DNA of 64,000 nucleotides from Candidatus Latescibacterota bacterium (GCA_965248435.1 OZ252100.1:2400001-2464000); one strand, 5' to 3'. Shown: positions 29,407 to 39,541, counted from the stretch's first letter. The notes: generated by a model from the sequence alone, not told the origin. Program-made: numbers and translations.

Positions 29407-29569
29407 TGTCATTCCGAGCGCAGGCGAGGAATCTCAGCGTGCGATGCAGCACCCGCTACCTCGAGATATGGTTCAGAGAGTACTTCAGTTCTGAGATCCC
29501 TCGTCGCCCGCGTTTGTACTTTTCACCAAAAGAACAGCTTGACGTTCCGAGGGGCTCCTCGGGATGACA
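29407..29569. repeat. 163-bp MITE/REPIN-like nested-palindrome element
   Basis: TGTCATTCCGAG...CTCGGGATGACA terminal IR; inner CGAGGAATCTCAG...CTGAGATCCCTCG IR. Confidence 0.75.
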
Positions 29570-29611
29570 AACTTGGTGATTGAACGTGTGATGTGATGAA
29601 TTGTGCTTCAG

Positions 29612-29641
29612 TCCGCAATCCAAAATTCGCAATCCGCAATT
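29612..29641. repeat. AATCCGC heptamer run
   Basis: TCCGCAATCCAAAATTCGCAATCCGCAAT; also at 17361, 30503-30533 and inverted at 52799-52830. Confidence 0.75.
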
Positions 29642-29744
29642 TCCTCGCGATTCGCTTGACTTAAACTTCCCAATCCCCCATCTTGGAAGCCCAAATCAGC
29701 ACCTGAATCGACTCTATCTCTCACCGGCAGGGCAGGAGGAAGCG

Positions 29745-30470
29745 ATGACCGAGCAAGAAATGCTGGAAGAATTGAAGAACTTCGACACGCCGTCCATCAC
29801 GAACGTGGTCGCCACATATCCGGATCATCCACTCTGCCTGGGACTCTACAATCCCTGGTCGGAAAACTGGTACACGGACCAGTCGATTCGGTGCATGTAT
29901 CCCGAAATGGGCCCGATCGTCGGGTATGCCGTGACCACTGTCTATGGCCTCCCCGACCCGGGCTACTCGCGGCTCACATTCATGGACGCCATCGACGCTC
30001 TGGACGCCTCGAAGAAGCCCGCGATCTACGCCTTCCAGCAGAAATTTCCACGAAGACTGGCGGGCAAGATCGGGCTCGCCGGGGGCAACATGACGTCGGC
30101 CATGAAGGCGGTCGGCTGCGTGGGGGCGATATCGAACGGTCCCTCGAGAGACATCGATGAAATCCGCCCGATGAAATTTCAGTACCTGCTCAGCGGCATC
30201 ACGCCGGGTCACGGGGGCATGGCCATTCACGCCGTGAACGTCCCCGTCAGAATCGCCGGCATGGACGTTTCTCCTGGCGAGATCATCCACATGGACGAAA
30301 ACGGGGCCTGCAAGTTCCCGGCCGACCAGCTCGAGGCCGTGCTCACGAACGTGAGGGCCTTGATCGAAGAGGAGGAGGAGCGGATCGGCCGTCTCCAGAA
30401 GGCGAAAACCGCGGCCGAAGTCAGGGACATCTTCGCCGGAAAGTCCTACGCCGCCAAGAAGGACTCCTGA
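29745..30470 (+). CDS. RraA/HMG-aldolase family protein
   Basis: DTPSITN, VGYAVT, GGNM, NGPSRDIDE, PGEIIHMDENG. Confidence 0.88.
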   Translation: MTEQEMLEELKNFDTPSITNVVATYPDHPLCLGLYNPWSENWYTDQSIRCMYPEMGPIVGYAVTTVYGLPDPGYSRLTFMDAIDALDASKKPAIYAFQQKFPRRLAGKIGLAGGNMTSAMKAVGCVGAISNGPSRDIDEIRPMKFQYLLSGITPGHGGMAIHAVNVPVRIAGMDVSPGEIIHMDENGACKFPADQLEAVLTNVRALIEEEEERIGRLQKAKTAAEVRDIFAGKSYAAKKDS

Positions 30471-30562
30471 CCGAAAGATGAAGGCCTGCGGTGAATGCCT
30501 TCCAATCCGCAATCCCAATTCCGCAATCCGCAATTGGATGACGATTCACGAACGACGGCTCC

Positions 30563-31952
30563 ATGATCCTCGAACAGTATTACCTTGGCTGTCTCGCGCA
30601 CGCCTCCTACCTCATCGGTGACGAAGAGACCCGTCAGGCTGTGGTCCTCGATCCGCAGCGCGACATCGACCAGTACCTGGACGATGCCCGAAAACACGAC
30701 CTTCAGATCAGCCATGTCTTCCTCAGCCACTTCCACGCCGACTTTCTTGCCGGACATCTCGAGCTCAGAGATCGCGTCGGCGCGCAGATCTGTCTGGGCG
30801 CGCGCGCGAAGGCCGAATACGGATTCAGGGCCATGAAAGACGGGGACGGACTCGAGCTCGGCAAAGTGCGGATCGAAGTCCTGGAGACACCGGGTCACTC
30901 CCCCGAGTCGATATCCCTCCTCGTCTACGATCTGGAGCAGGACGGCGACCAACCCCACGCGGTGCTCACGGGCGACACGCTCTTCATCGGGGACGTCGGG
31001 CGCCCCGACCTCAGGGCATCGCTCGGCTGGTCTGCCGAAGAGCTGGGTGCGATGCTCTACGATTCACTCAAAGAAAAACTCCTGGTGCTTCCCGACGAGA
31101 CGCTCGTCTACCCGGCCCACGGGGCCGGTTCCATGTGCGGAAAAAATCTGAGCCAGGATACCGTCTCCACGATCGGGACACAGCGTCGCTTCAACTATGC
31201 CCTCCAGCCCATGAGTCGCGAGGAATTCATCCGAATCGTCACGGCCGATCAGGCCGAGGCCCCGGCGTATTTCACCTACGATGCAGTCCTGAACACCAAG
31301 GAGCACCCCACGCTCGACCAGACGCTCGAACGCGAGCTCAAGCCGCTCGAGCTGGAAGAGATCCTCAAGCTCGAAGACGCACAGCTGCTGGACGTCAGGG
31401 AACCGACCGACTACGAAGGGGCGCACCTCGTCGGCAGCATCAACATCGGACTTGGAGGCAAATACGCCACGTGGGCGGGGACCCTCCTTTCTCCGGATCG
31501 GCCCATCGTCATCATCTCAGACCCGGGCAGTGAAGAGGAAGCCGCGACTCGGCCGGATCGGCTTCGACCGCGTGGCCGGCTACCTGGAAGGCGGCATGCA
31601 GGCCCTGGGTGATCGACAGGATCTCGTCGCGAGGACAGAACGAATCACCGCAGCGAATCTCTCCGAGCAGCTCGCCGACGCGAAACCGCCCGTCATCCTG
31701 GACGTCCGGACCCCGATAGAATGGGAGGCCGAACAGATCGTCGGCAGCCTCAACATTCCCCTGAATCGTTTACAAGAGCAGATCGGCGAGCTTCCCGAAG
31801 GCCCTCCGGTCGTCGTTCACTGCGAATCGGGCTATCGCTCGGCCATCGCCGCCAGCATTCTAGAGATGCACCGTCAGGAGGACGTCGCCGATCTGGTCGG
31901 CGGGCTCGAAGCCTGGCGACTCGCGAAACTTGAAACCACATCTTTGGGTTGA
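30563..31952 (+). pseudogene. MBL-fold persulfide dioxygenase-rhodanese fusion, frameshifted at ~31548
   Basis: SHFHADF, TPGHSPES, GDTLFIGDVGRPD, PAHGAGS; C-terminal rhodanese HCESGYRS in another frame. Confidence 0.85.
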
Positions 31953-31987
31953 ATCTTCTTGGGAAACCGTTCAAAGGGGAGACCGAA

Positions 31988-33079
31988 ATGAAGGCCGCCG
32001 TCTGCTACGAGTTTGGAAAGCCTCTGGTCATCGAGGAGGTAAAGATCGATCCGCCCAAGCAGGGAGAGGTGAAGGTGCGTCTGGGCGCGACCGCGATCTG
32101 CCACAGCGACGTCTATATCGTCAGCGGGGCCTGGGGCGGTGAAACACCGATCATCGCCGGTCACGAAGCAGCCGGCGTCGTCGAGGAGGTCGGGCCTGCC
32201 GTCACGCTTTACAAACCGGGCGATCGCGTCCTGGCCACGCTGCTCCGATCCTGCGGCCGGTGCCGAAACTGCGCGAGCGGCGTGACCTATGTCTGCGAAG
32301 GGGACTTCGCCCTGGGCAGGGAAAGGCGGCTCCACACCCGGAACGGCGACCCGATCATCCAGGGCGCGAACACGGCCGCCTTCGCCGAATACGTCGTCAT
32401 CCACGAGTCTCAGGTCGCGCCTATCCCGGATGACCTCCCAATGGACCGTGCCGCTCTCATCTCCTGCGGCGTCATCACCGGAACAGGCGCCGTCATGAAC
32501 ACGGCCGAGGTGGAGCCCGACAGCTCCGTCGTCGTCATCGGCACGGGGGGCGTCGGGCTCAACTGCGTTCAGGCCGCCGATATCGTCGGGGCCTATCCGG
32601 TCATCGCGGTTGACCTGATCGACAAGAAACTGGAAGCCGCCAAAACATTCGGCGCCACGCACACCGTCAATGCCAAGGAGGAAGACCCCGTGGAAGCGGT
32701 GAAGGAATTGACCCACGGGGGAGCCAAATACGTCTTTGTCTCCGTAGGGAGCACCGCCGCGATGGAACAGGGCCTCGAGATGGTCCGTTCAGGCGGCACC
32801 GAGGTTCTCGTCGGCGTCCCGGGAGACCAGGAGACGATCACGATTCGCCCCAGGACGATGAACGCCAGAGGGGGCGGGGGGCCGAAGAACATTCTGGGCA
32901 GCTACATGGGATCCACGAGGCTGCCTGTGGACATCCCCAAGCTGATCACCCTGCACAGCCAGGGGCGCCTCAAGCTGGAGGAGCTGATCACCGAGCGTTA
33001 TCCGATCGAGCAGATCGACGAAGCGATTGCGGTCATGGCAAGGGGAGACGCCTTGCGGAACGTGATCATTTTCGACTGA
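31988..33079 (+). CDS. Zn-dependent alcohol dehydrogenase
   Basis: ICHSD, GHEAAG, CGRC..C......C, GTGGVG. Confidence 0.93.
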   Translation: MKAAVCYEFGKPLVIEEVKIDPPKQGEVKVRLGATAICHSDVYIVSGAWGGETPIIAGHEAAGVVEEVGPAVTLYKPGDRVLATLLRSCGRCRNCASGVTYVCEGDFALGRERRLHTRNGDPIIQGANTAAFAEYVVIHESQVAPIPDDLPMDRAALISCGVITGTGAVMNTAEVEPDSSVVVIGTGGVGLNCVQAADIVGAYPVIAVDLIDKKLEAAKTFGATHTVNAKEEDPVEAVKELTHGGAKYVFVSVGSTAAMEQGLEMVRSGGTEVLVGVPGDQETITIRPRTMNARGGGGPKNILGSYMGSTRLPVDIPKLITLHSQGRLKLEELITERYPIEQIDEAIAVMARGDALRNVIIFD

Positions 33080-33266
33080 AATGCCGCTGCCGATCCGCTG
33101 CTCACGTGATCGTCTGGATGGCGGCCCCGGATACCCATCTGAGAACAGGCAATATTCGATTCTGAACGTGGCTGCTTGTTGATGCTTCCAGCCTCGACGC
33201 GAACAGACAGTCCCCAGAGCCATCTTTGGGGCCTTTCTGTGGTCGTGGCGAAAAGAGGAGAACGGA

Positions 33267-34325
33267 ATGCGCGAGATTAGAGGGTTGACTTTCTGTCTAC
33301 TGGCCGCCGTCATCGGCGTCACGCTCGTTCGCGCAGCGGCAGAAGCTCAGGAGCGGATGCCGAGCGGGGATCCGAGCATCCTCGCACCCGGGGCCCGACC
33401 GGATACTTTGTTCACCGGGGGGACGACCCTCACGGAAGGCGTCGTCGCCGGACACGACGGGATGATCTACTTCAACGACATCACGTTCACCTTTCTGGGC
33501 CGGCAGGCCGGCAGCGTGGAAGCGGGCCACATCTGGAGATATAATCCCGAGACCGGGAAAACAACGATCTTTCGGTCGCCCAGCGGGATGTCCAACGGGA
33601 TCAAGTTCGACGCCCGGGGACGAATGATCGTGGCCCGGGGCGCGGACTACGGAGGACGGTCCGTCATCCGCACGGACATGAGTTCCGGGAAGAGCGAGAT
33701 CATCGCAGGCCTCTACAAAGAACGCCCGTTCAACTCACCGAATGACATCACGATCGACGAGAAGGGGCGCATCTATTTCAGCGATCCGCGCTACCTGGGC
33801 CACGAACCGGTCGACCAGCCCGTGATGGCCGTCTACCGGATCGACCTCGACGGCTCGATCCACCGGATCATCACGGATGCGGGGAAGCCCAACGGTGTGT
33901 GTGTCTCACCCAATCAGAAGACCCTCTATGTCGTCAGCAACGACAACGGGGCCGTCGGCTTCGACAGGCTGGCTCCGGGCGAATCGTCCCACAAGGGTCG
34001 AATGGCCCTCCTCGCCTACGATCTGGCAGAAGATGGCACGGCGAAATTCAGAAAGGTCTTGGTCGATTACTCTCCAGAGGATGGTCCGGATGGCCTGGTC
34101 GTGGATGTGAAGGGGAATCTCTACGTGGCCGAGCGCAGCGGGAAGCGGCCGGGCATCGCGGTGCGGTCACCGGACGGCAAAGAACTGGCCTTTATTCCCA
34201 CCGAGGTCCCGACCAACGTCGGATTCGGCCGGGGCAAGGACAGCAGGGTCCTCTACATCACCGCAGGCACGAGCCTCTACAAGATCGATGTGATGAATGA
34301 GGGATATCACCTGCCGTCCAGATAA
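33267..34325 (+). CDS. Exported SMP-30/gluconolactonase
   Basis: Signal peptide; TEG, SNG, NSPND, PNG, GPDG motifs. Confidence 0.9.
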   Translation: MREIRGLTFCLLAAVIGVTLVRAAAEAQERMPSGDPSILAPGARPDTLFTGGTTLTEGVVAGHDGMIYFNDITFTFLGRQAGSVEAGHIWRYNPETGKTTIFRSPSGMSNGIKFDARGRMIVARGADYGGRSVIRTDMSSGKSEIIAGLYKERPFNSPNDITIDEKGRIYFSDPRYLGHEPVDQPVMAVYRIDLDGSIHRIITDAGKPNGVCVSPNQKTLYVVSNDNGAVGFDRLAPGESSHKGRMALLAYDLAEDGTAKFRKVLVDYSPEDGPDGLVVDVKGNLYVAERSGKRPGIAVRSPDGKELAFIPTEVPTNVGFGRGKDSRVLYITAGTSLYKIDVMNEGYHLPSR

Positions 34326-34340
34326 GGAATCTAAGATACC

Positions 34341-35399
34341 GTGGAAACCTACGACATCGAAAGGAAGCTGGCGACTTACCGCCAAACGTGCCGAAAGGGC
34401 ACGGACTGGCTGTTGGGCTTCATGAAGCCGGACGGTTCCATGGGCCCGATCGACGAGCCCGAGCGGATCTACTATTACCGCGTGCCCTGGGCCTTCGCCC
34501 TCGTGGGTGAGATCACCGCCGCTGACCGTGTGCTGGACTGGATGAGCCGCAACATGTTCTCTGCCGAGGGCGAAGTAGAGGGTCATTCGCCTCGAGGCCT
34601 GTTCGACACCCTCTACGGATCCTACCCTCTCGCCTGCCTGCTCATCGCGGCCGTGATGCGGCAGCGGTTTAGTCTCGTCATTCCGGGCGCTCGATGCCTC
34701 GCCACCTGGCAGGACCCGGAATCCGGAGGGTTCTACAACAACCGCGAAGACATGACCGAGACCGGCGAACAGGTCCTATTCCCGACCGCTCAGGGTGGGA
34801 TGACACTCCTTCAGCTCGGTCAGATCGAGGCCGCACGGAAGGCCGGCGCCTGGTTCCGGCGGCTCTGGGAGCTCCAGCCCGATATCGAACACAGGCTCTA
34901 CGCCGTCTTCAGCCGGGCAAAAGGTCTCGTGACGGGAGCTGATGCTTCTGAAAGCGCAGGGTCCTGGTCCAGCGATCTGCCGGAGCACGAATTCGTATAT
35001 GTCACGAAGAAGGACGAACCCTGGCAGGCCCACTTCAACGGAGGCATTGCTGCGGCCTTTCTGACCCAGCTCCACACGGCCACCGGCGAGGCGGAATGGC
35101 TGGACCTCGCGCGGGGCTACCAGGAATTCTCCATGATGACGAATGAATGCCAGTTCCAGTCCATGCAGGTCTGCAAGTCGGGCTGGGGATCCGGCATGCT
35201 CTACGTCGCGACGCGTGAAGCGCGCTATCAGGACTGGACCGTGCGAATGGGCGATTGGTTCGTCGAGCATCAGCTCCAAGACGGCCACTGGGAAAACACC
35301 AAGCACTGGACCCCGAATCCCACCGTGTGCAACAACATCGAGATCACGGCGGAGTTCGTCATGCACCTGGCCAACATCATCTCTTACCTCTCTGTCTAG
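34341..35399 (+). CDS. Hypothetical protein, possibly an alpha/alpha-toroid fold
   Basis: Recurrent WL...(Q/M)..DG(S/H/G) motifs typical of alpha/alpha barrels. Confidence 0.6.
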   Translation: METYDIERKLATYRQTCRKGTDWLLGFMKPDGSMGPIDEPERIYYYRVPWAFALVGEITAADRVLDWMSRNMFSAEGEVEGHSPRGLFDTLYGSYPLACLLIAAVMRQRFSLVIPGARCLATWQDPESGGFYNNREDMTETGEQVLFPTAQGGMTLLQLGQIEAARKAGAWFRRLWELQPDIEHRLYAVFSRAKGLVTGADASESAGSWSSDLPEHEFVYVTKKDEPWQAHFNGGIAAAFLTQLHTATGEAEWLDLARGYQEFSMMTNECQFQSMQVCKSGWGSGMLYVATREARYQDWTVRMGDWFVEHQLQDGHWENTKHWTPNPTVCNNIEITAEFVMHLANIISYLSV

Positions 35400-35412
35400 A
35401 CCCCCTATCCTT

Positions 35413-35497
35413 GACCGCAGACCACGGACCGCGGACCGCTCAAAACCAAAGAGATGGCTTTATTCATCTTGCCGTCCGCTGTCTGCCGTCTGCGGTC
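35413..35497. repeat. Inverted heptamer array
   Basis: GACCGCAGACCACGGACCGCGGACCGC...GCCGTCCGCTGTCTGCCGTCTGCGGTC. Confidence 0.75.
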
Positions 35498-35554
35498 TGT
35501 TTTGGCGGAGTCTGAGACGCTCTCGCGCAGGATATCGTTGATGGAAAACGATCT

Positions 35555-37261
35555 ATGACGCTGATCGACTGGCTGATAGTCCTCGTGATCAACGGCGGCA
35601 TCGTCCTCTACGGGCTCACCGTCTTCAAGAAGGAGCAGGAGAGCTTCGATTGGTACCTGGCCGCCAAGTCCATGCCCTGGTGGGCCGTGGGGCTTTCCGC
35701 CTTCGGGACGGCCGTGGACAGCGGGGACTACGTCGGCATCGTCGGGGGATCCTACAACCTCGGCCTGTCGCAGCTCACACAGTGGTGGCTGGGGATCGCG
35801 GTGGGATGGTTCGTACTGAGCTTCTATGTGATCGTCCCGATGTACCGTTCCGGCGTCTTCACGAACGCCGAGTGGCTCGAATTTAGATTTGGGCCGGTGG
35901 CCCGTTTCCTCGCCGTATTGATCAACATTCAATCCCGCACGAACGTCCTCGGCAACATCTTCTTCTCCCTGTTCCTCGTCCTGAACCTGGTCGCGGAAAT
36001 CGATGCGGTCTGGAGCTGGCCGATCGTCGTTGGGGTGGCCTTCACCGCGATCCTCTACATCGTCAAGGGCGGGCTGAGGGCGGGCGTCTTTACCGACGCC
36101 ATGCAGAGCGTGGCCATGCTCGTGGCCTCCTTCGTGCTCTGGGGTGTGGTCTGGGTGAACGCCGGGGGCTGGGACGGCCTGCATCAAAGCCTGGCTGCGA
36201 TAGATTCAGACCTGCCCGGTACGTTGCTGCACGTGGGCGGGTATGCGCCCGAGGGGGTGCCTCCTGCCCTGGTCGCCCTGGGGTTCATCGTCGTGTTGAC
36301 AACCTATGCCGTCATCAATCAATACGAGACAATCCGTTTTCTGGGCGCCCGATCCGAGTGGGACTTCAAAATGGCCGCGCTCGTCGCGAGCCTGGCGACG
36401 GCGGTCTGTCTCTGGTTCAACGTCAGCCTGGGGCCGCTGGCCAGGGCTGAATTTCCCTATCTGGAGATGAGCGACCAGGCCTACCCCCTGATGGTCCGAA
36501 AGTACCTCCCGCCCGGCCTGATCGGACTGGTACTCGCGGGACTGGTGGCCGGCGGGTATTCCACCTTCGATTCGATCGGCATAGGCATCTCGAGCCTGTT
36601 CGTCCGGGACATCTACGCCCGGTTTATCGTCAAACAGGCCTCGGACGACCACTACACCCGGGTTGGCCGAATCTCGGTTCCGTTCATCATCGCGCTCGGG
36701 TTTCTCTACGTCCCCTTCCTAAAGCAGGGGATGCTCCTGTTCTACATCCGTCTCGCCGGTGCGATTGCAGTCCCCCTGATGACGGTCATCCTCATGGGGG
36801 TTTTCACGCGCGTCCACCGTGAAACCGGGGCCATCGGGCTGGTGGTCGGTCTCGCCTACGGCACCTCCGCCATTCTGGCCGAGTCCCAGGGCTGGCCTCT
36901 ACCGGTGTGGTACACTCACACCTGGTGGGCCTATCTATGGAACCTGGTCCTGCCCGCGGGAAGCATGCTGATCGCATCGAAGATGATCGACCTGTGGCGG
37001 GGTCCCGTAGACGACGAGGAAATAAGAGGTCTGATCTACATGAAACACGAGCGGGCTGAAGATCTTCGCGGACTGATGGGGAAACGGTTGGCGGTGTTAG
37101 AGGGAACCTGGCTTCAGAAAACGCTGCTGGAAGCACCCGTCAGACCGGAATATCCGTTCGAGGTGCCAAAGACCGGTCTGCCCCGATTTCGGCGTCCCGG
37201 CTTCTGGGCCTGTCTCTACATCGCAGGGGCCTGCTATCTTCTGTTTGTCCACCTCTGGTAG
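35555..37261 (+). CDS. Sodium:solute symporter family transporter
   Basis: LAAKSMPWW, EWLEFRFG, Y...GGLRA...TD.MQ, LPPGLIGL. Confidence 0.9.
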   Translation: MTLIDWLIVLVINGGIVLYGLTVFKKEQESFDWYLAAKSMPWWAVGLSAFGTAVDSGDYVGIVGGSYNLGLSQLTQWWLGIAVGWFVLSFYVIVPMYRSGVFTNAEWLEFRFGPVARFLAVLINIQSRTNVLGNIFFSLFLVLNLVAEIDAVWSWPIVVGVAFTAILYIVKGGLRAGVFTDAMQSVAMLVASFVLWGVVWVNAGGWDGLHQSLAAIDSDLPGTLLHVGGYAPEGVPPALVALGFIVVLTTYAVINQYETIRFLGARSEWDFKMAALVASLATAVCLWFNVSLGPLARAEFPYLEMSDQAYPLMVRKYLPPGLIGLVLAGLVAGGYSTFDSIGIGISSLFVRDIYARFIVKQASDDHYTRVGRISVPFIIALGFLYVPFLKQGMLLFYIRLAGAIAVPLMTVILMGVFTRVHRETGAIGLVVGLAYGTSAILAESQGWPLPVWYTHTWWAYLWNLVLPAGSMLIASKMIDLWRGPVDDEEIRGLIYMKHERAEDLRGLMGKRLAVLEGTWLQKTLLEAPVRPEYPFEVPKTGLPRFRRPGFWACLYIAGACYLLFVHLW

Positions 37262-37263
37262 CC

Positions 37264-37461
37264 ATGGAACCTTCTGAAGAACAGAAAAAGAAAAAGCAGT
37301 TCGAGAGCGCCTACACGGCCGTTCTCCTGCTGCTGGTTGCGGTCTTGCTCCTGGCTTCGATCTCCTACACCGCGCAACTCTGGCCGGTGAAGGTCGCGAT
37401 TGCCACGGTGCTGGTCGTGGTCTCCGGGTGGTTTGGTCGGCGTTACTGGCAGGGAAGGTGA
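37264..37461 (+). CDS. Small two-TM membrane protein, possible symporter accessory subunit
   Basis: 2 bp after the SSS stop; two hydrophobic helices. Confidence 0.6.
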   Translation: MEPSEEQKKKKQFESAYTAVLLLLVAVLLLASISYTAQLWPVKVAIATVLVVVSGWFGRRYWQGR

Positions 37462-37569
37462 TTCGCCAGAAGATCCCCGCGCGCCTGAGTCCGCCAGGGC
37501 TCCCGCCTTCAAATCGTGATCCAGCCCCCGCTGTCCGTTCGATTTCCCCTTCTGCGACCCATCTTTTTC

Positions 37570-37621
37570 TTGACATTTGTCCGAAAATCAGATAATCTGT
37601 TATTCAGTAAATCTGGATAAC
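37570..37621 (+). promoter_or_regulatory. TA promoter and operator
   Basis: TTGACA-17 nt-TAATCT; IR GTTATTCAG-n5-CTGGATAAC. Confidence 0.6.
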
Positions 37622-37637
37622 CCGAAAGGAGCCATAC

Positions 37638-37901
37638 ATGCCTGATCCGATTACACTAAGAATCGCCCAGCGGGGCGTCCTCACGCTTCCGAAATCGTTG
37701 AGAGAGGCCCACAACCTGAAGCCTGGGGATACGCTCACCCTCCTCGACCTTGGTGATCTGCTTGTCCTCAGTCCGCGCCCCTCGGAGGTGGATCGACTCG
37801 CAGACCGTGTCCAGGAATCTCTGACCGAAAAGGGTGAGTCGTTGGAGACCGTGCTCAAGTCGCTCAGGCAGGTGCGCGAAGGCGATGCCCCCGAAGCCTA
37901 G
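37638..37901 (+). CDS. AbrB/MazE-type antitoxin
   Basis: RGVLTLPKSLRE...LKPGD. Confidence 0.87.
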   Translation: MPDPITLRIAQRGVLTLPKSLREAHNLKPGDTLTLLDLGDLLVLSPRPSEVDRLADRVQESLTEKGESLETVLKSLRQVREGDAPEA

Positions 37902-38379
37902 AGTCTTCCTCGACACGAGCGCCCTCTTCGCGGGAATCTGGTCATCGGAAGGCGGAGGCAGGCAGCTCCTTCACCTGGGTGAATGGGACGCCGTTCAGAT
38001 TGTCGTGAGCTCTGACGTGACGCGGGAATTGGAGGATGTGATCCGACGTAAAGCCGCCGATCTGCTCCCCACGCTTGCTCTCCTGCTCCACCAGGTGAAC
38101 GTCGAGATCTGCGCGCCTCCTTCCCCTGATGATATCCAGGAATTCAACACCCTCGTTGGCCACCTGGGCGACGCGAAGATCGCGGCCGCCGCACGCGCTT
38201 CCCGCGCTGGATTCCTCGTGACTCTGGATCGAGCCCACCTCCTGAATCGGTCGGAGGTAGCAGAAGCCGCGGGATGTCTCATCGGAACACCCGGCGACTG
38301 CCTGTCCTGGCTGACCCGGCTTCTTCGAAGCGGGGGAAGTGGCCTTGAAGACCTACCCCCCCTGACCCCCCCTCCCTGA
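37885..38379 (+). CDS. PIN-domain toxin
   Basis: VFLDTSALF, E, GDAKI, LVTLD; stop codon lies inside the downstream repeat. Confidence 0.85.
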   Translation: MPPKPRVFLDTSALFAGIWSSEGGGRQLLHLGEWDAVQIVVSSDVTRELEDVIRRKAADLLPTLALLLHQVNVEICAPPSPDDIQEFNTLVGHLGDAKIAAAARASRAGFLVTLDRAHLLNRSEVAEAAGCLIGTPGDCLSWLTRLLRSGGSGLEDLPPLTPPP

Positions 38380-38516
38380 AGGGCAGGGGGGAACGGAAAA
38401 CAACTGATTGCGATGCATAGTATGTGTCTGCCCGAGGCAAATCACGATTTTTGTTTTGTGGAAAGGCATTACTGTTACCTCCCCTTTCCTTTAGGAGAGG
38501 GGCCGGGGGTGAGGTC
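38350..38516. repeat. Family B double-palindrome repeat
   Basis: GACCTACCCCC...GGGGGTGAGGTC with two C/G hairpins. Confidence 0.8.
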
Positions 38517-38536
38517 CACGACCCACGGGTTCAATA

Positions 38537-39517
38537 TTGAATAGACACGTCCCGACAGGACGCAGAGGCCTCGGCCTGGCATTGGCCGCGTCCACCGCCT
38601 TCATCTGGGGCACGAACCCCGTCATCCTCAAGGGCCTGGTAGAAAATCTGGACGCCTACACGATTGCCTGCTTTCGCTTCTTCGTATCCGCCGGGGTGTC
38701 GATGCTCGTCGTGGCCCGGAGACACAGCATAAGATCCACGTTCGACGCCGCTCGATCCGGTCCGATCCTCCTGATCTTTTCGATTGTTACCATGACCGCA
38801 CAGTTTACGCTCTTCCTGTCGTCACTCTATTACGTCTCGCCCAGCATATCTCAGGTCGTGGTCCAGCTCTCCCCCATCCTGATGCTGCTCGGCGGTCTGG
38901 TCCTATTCGGGGAGAAGTTTGGGCCCCGCCAGTGGATCGGGTTTGGAGCCTTCCTTGCTGGTTTAGCCCTCTTTTTTAACCAGAGCTATGCAGAACTCCT
39001 GTCTGGATCCAGTGCGATCTCGTCCGGAGTGCTTCTTGTTGTCGCCTCATCCTCACTGTTGGCCTGCTACGCCCTCGCTCAAAAACAGTTACTGACGATT
39101 GCCCCAACAGAATCCACGCTGTTTCTCATATTTTTGTCCGGCGCCCTGCTCCTCTTACCCCTCTCGAACCCGCAACGGCTACTCCAGCTGAATCAGTATG
39201 AAGCCACGCTGCTTGCCCTCGTCGCCTTCCTGACACCCATCTCTTATTTAGCCTTTGGCGAGGCCCTGGACAATCTGGAGACGTCGCGGGTTGGCGTCAT
39301 CCTCAGCACGAACCCACTCATTACCGTATCTGAGATGGCATTCATCGCTTATGCGTTTCCAGGCCTCCTCGAACCCGAGCACCTGAATTCGGTCAGCATC
39401 CTGGGTGCTGTCCTGGTCGTGGTGAGTTCCATGTTGGTTTCGCTTGGTCCTGCGGGAGATGGGCGGTACCTGGATGATCACGGGCACGAAAGGATCCGGG
39501 GAGGTCGTCAAGCTTGA
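38537..39517 (+). CDS. EamA/DMT family transporter (copy 1)
   Basis: About 10 TM; IWG, FRF, QLSP, LFGEK; TTG start. Confidence 0.9.
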   Translation: MNRHVPTGRRGLGLALAASTAFIWGTNPVILKGLVENLDAYTIACFRFFVSAGVSMLVVARRHSIRSTFDAARSGPILLIFSIVTMTAQFTLFLSSLYYVSPSISQVVVQLSPILMLLGGLVLFGEKFGPRQWIGFGAFLAGLALFFNQSYAELLSGSSAISSGVLLVVASSSLLACYALAQKQLLTIAPTESTLFLIFLSGALLLLPLSNPQRLLQLNQYEATLLALVAFLTPISYLAFGEALDNLETSRVGVILSTNPLITVSEMAFIAYAFPGLLEPEHLNSVSILGAVLVVVSSMLVSLGPAGDGRYLDDHGHERIRGGRQA

Positions 39518-39541
39518 TTGCCACGACCCACGGATTTACTA

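Noticed and set aside
4585-31560. Programmed ribosomal frameshifting at the three broken genes
   Set aside because: No slippery heptamer or stimulator seen; simple small deletions explain each case
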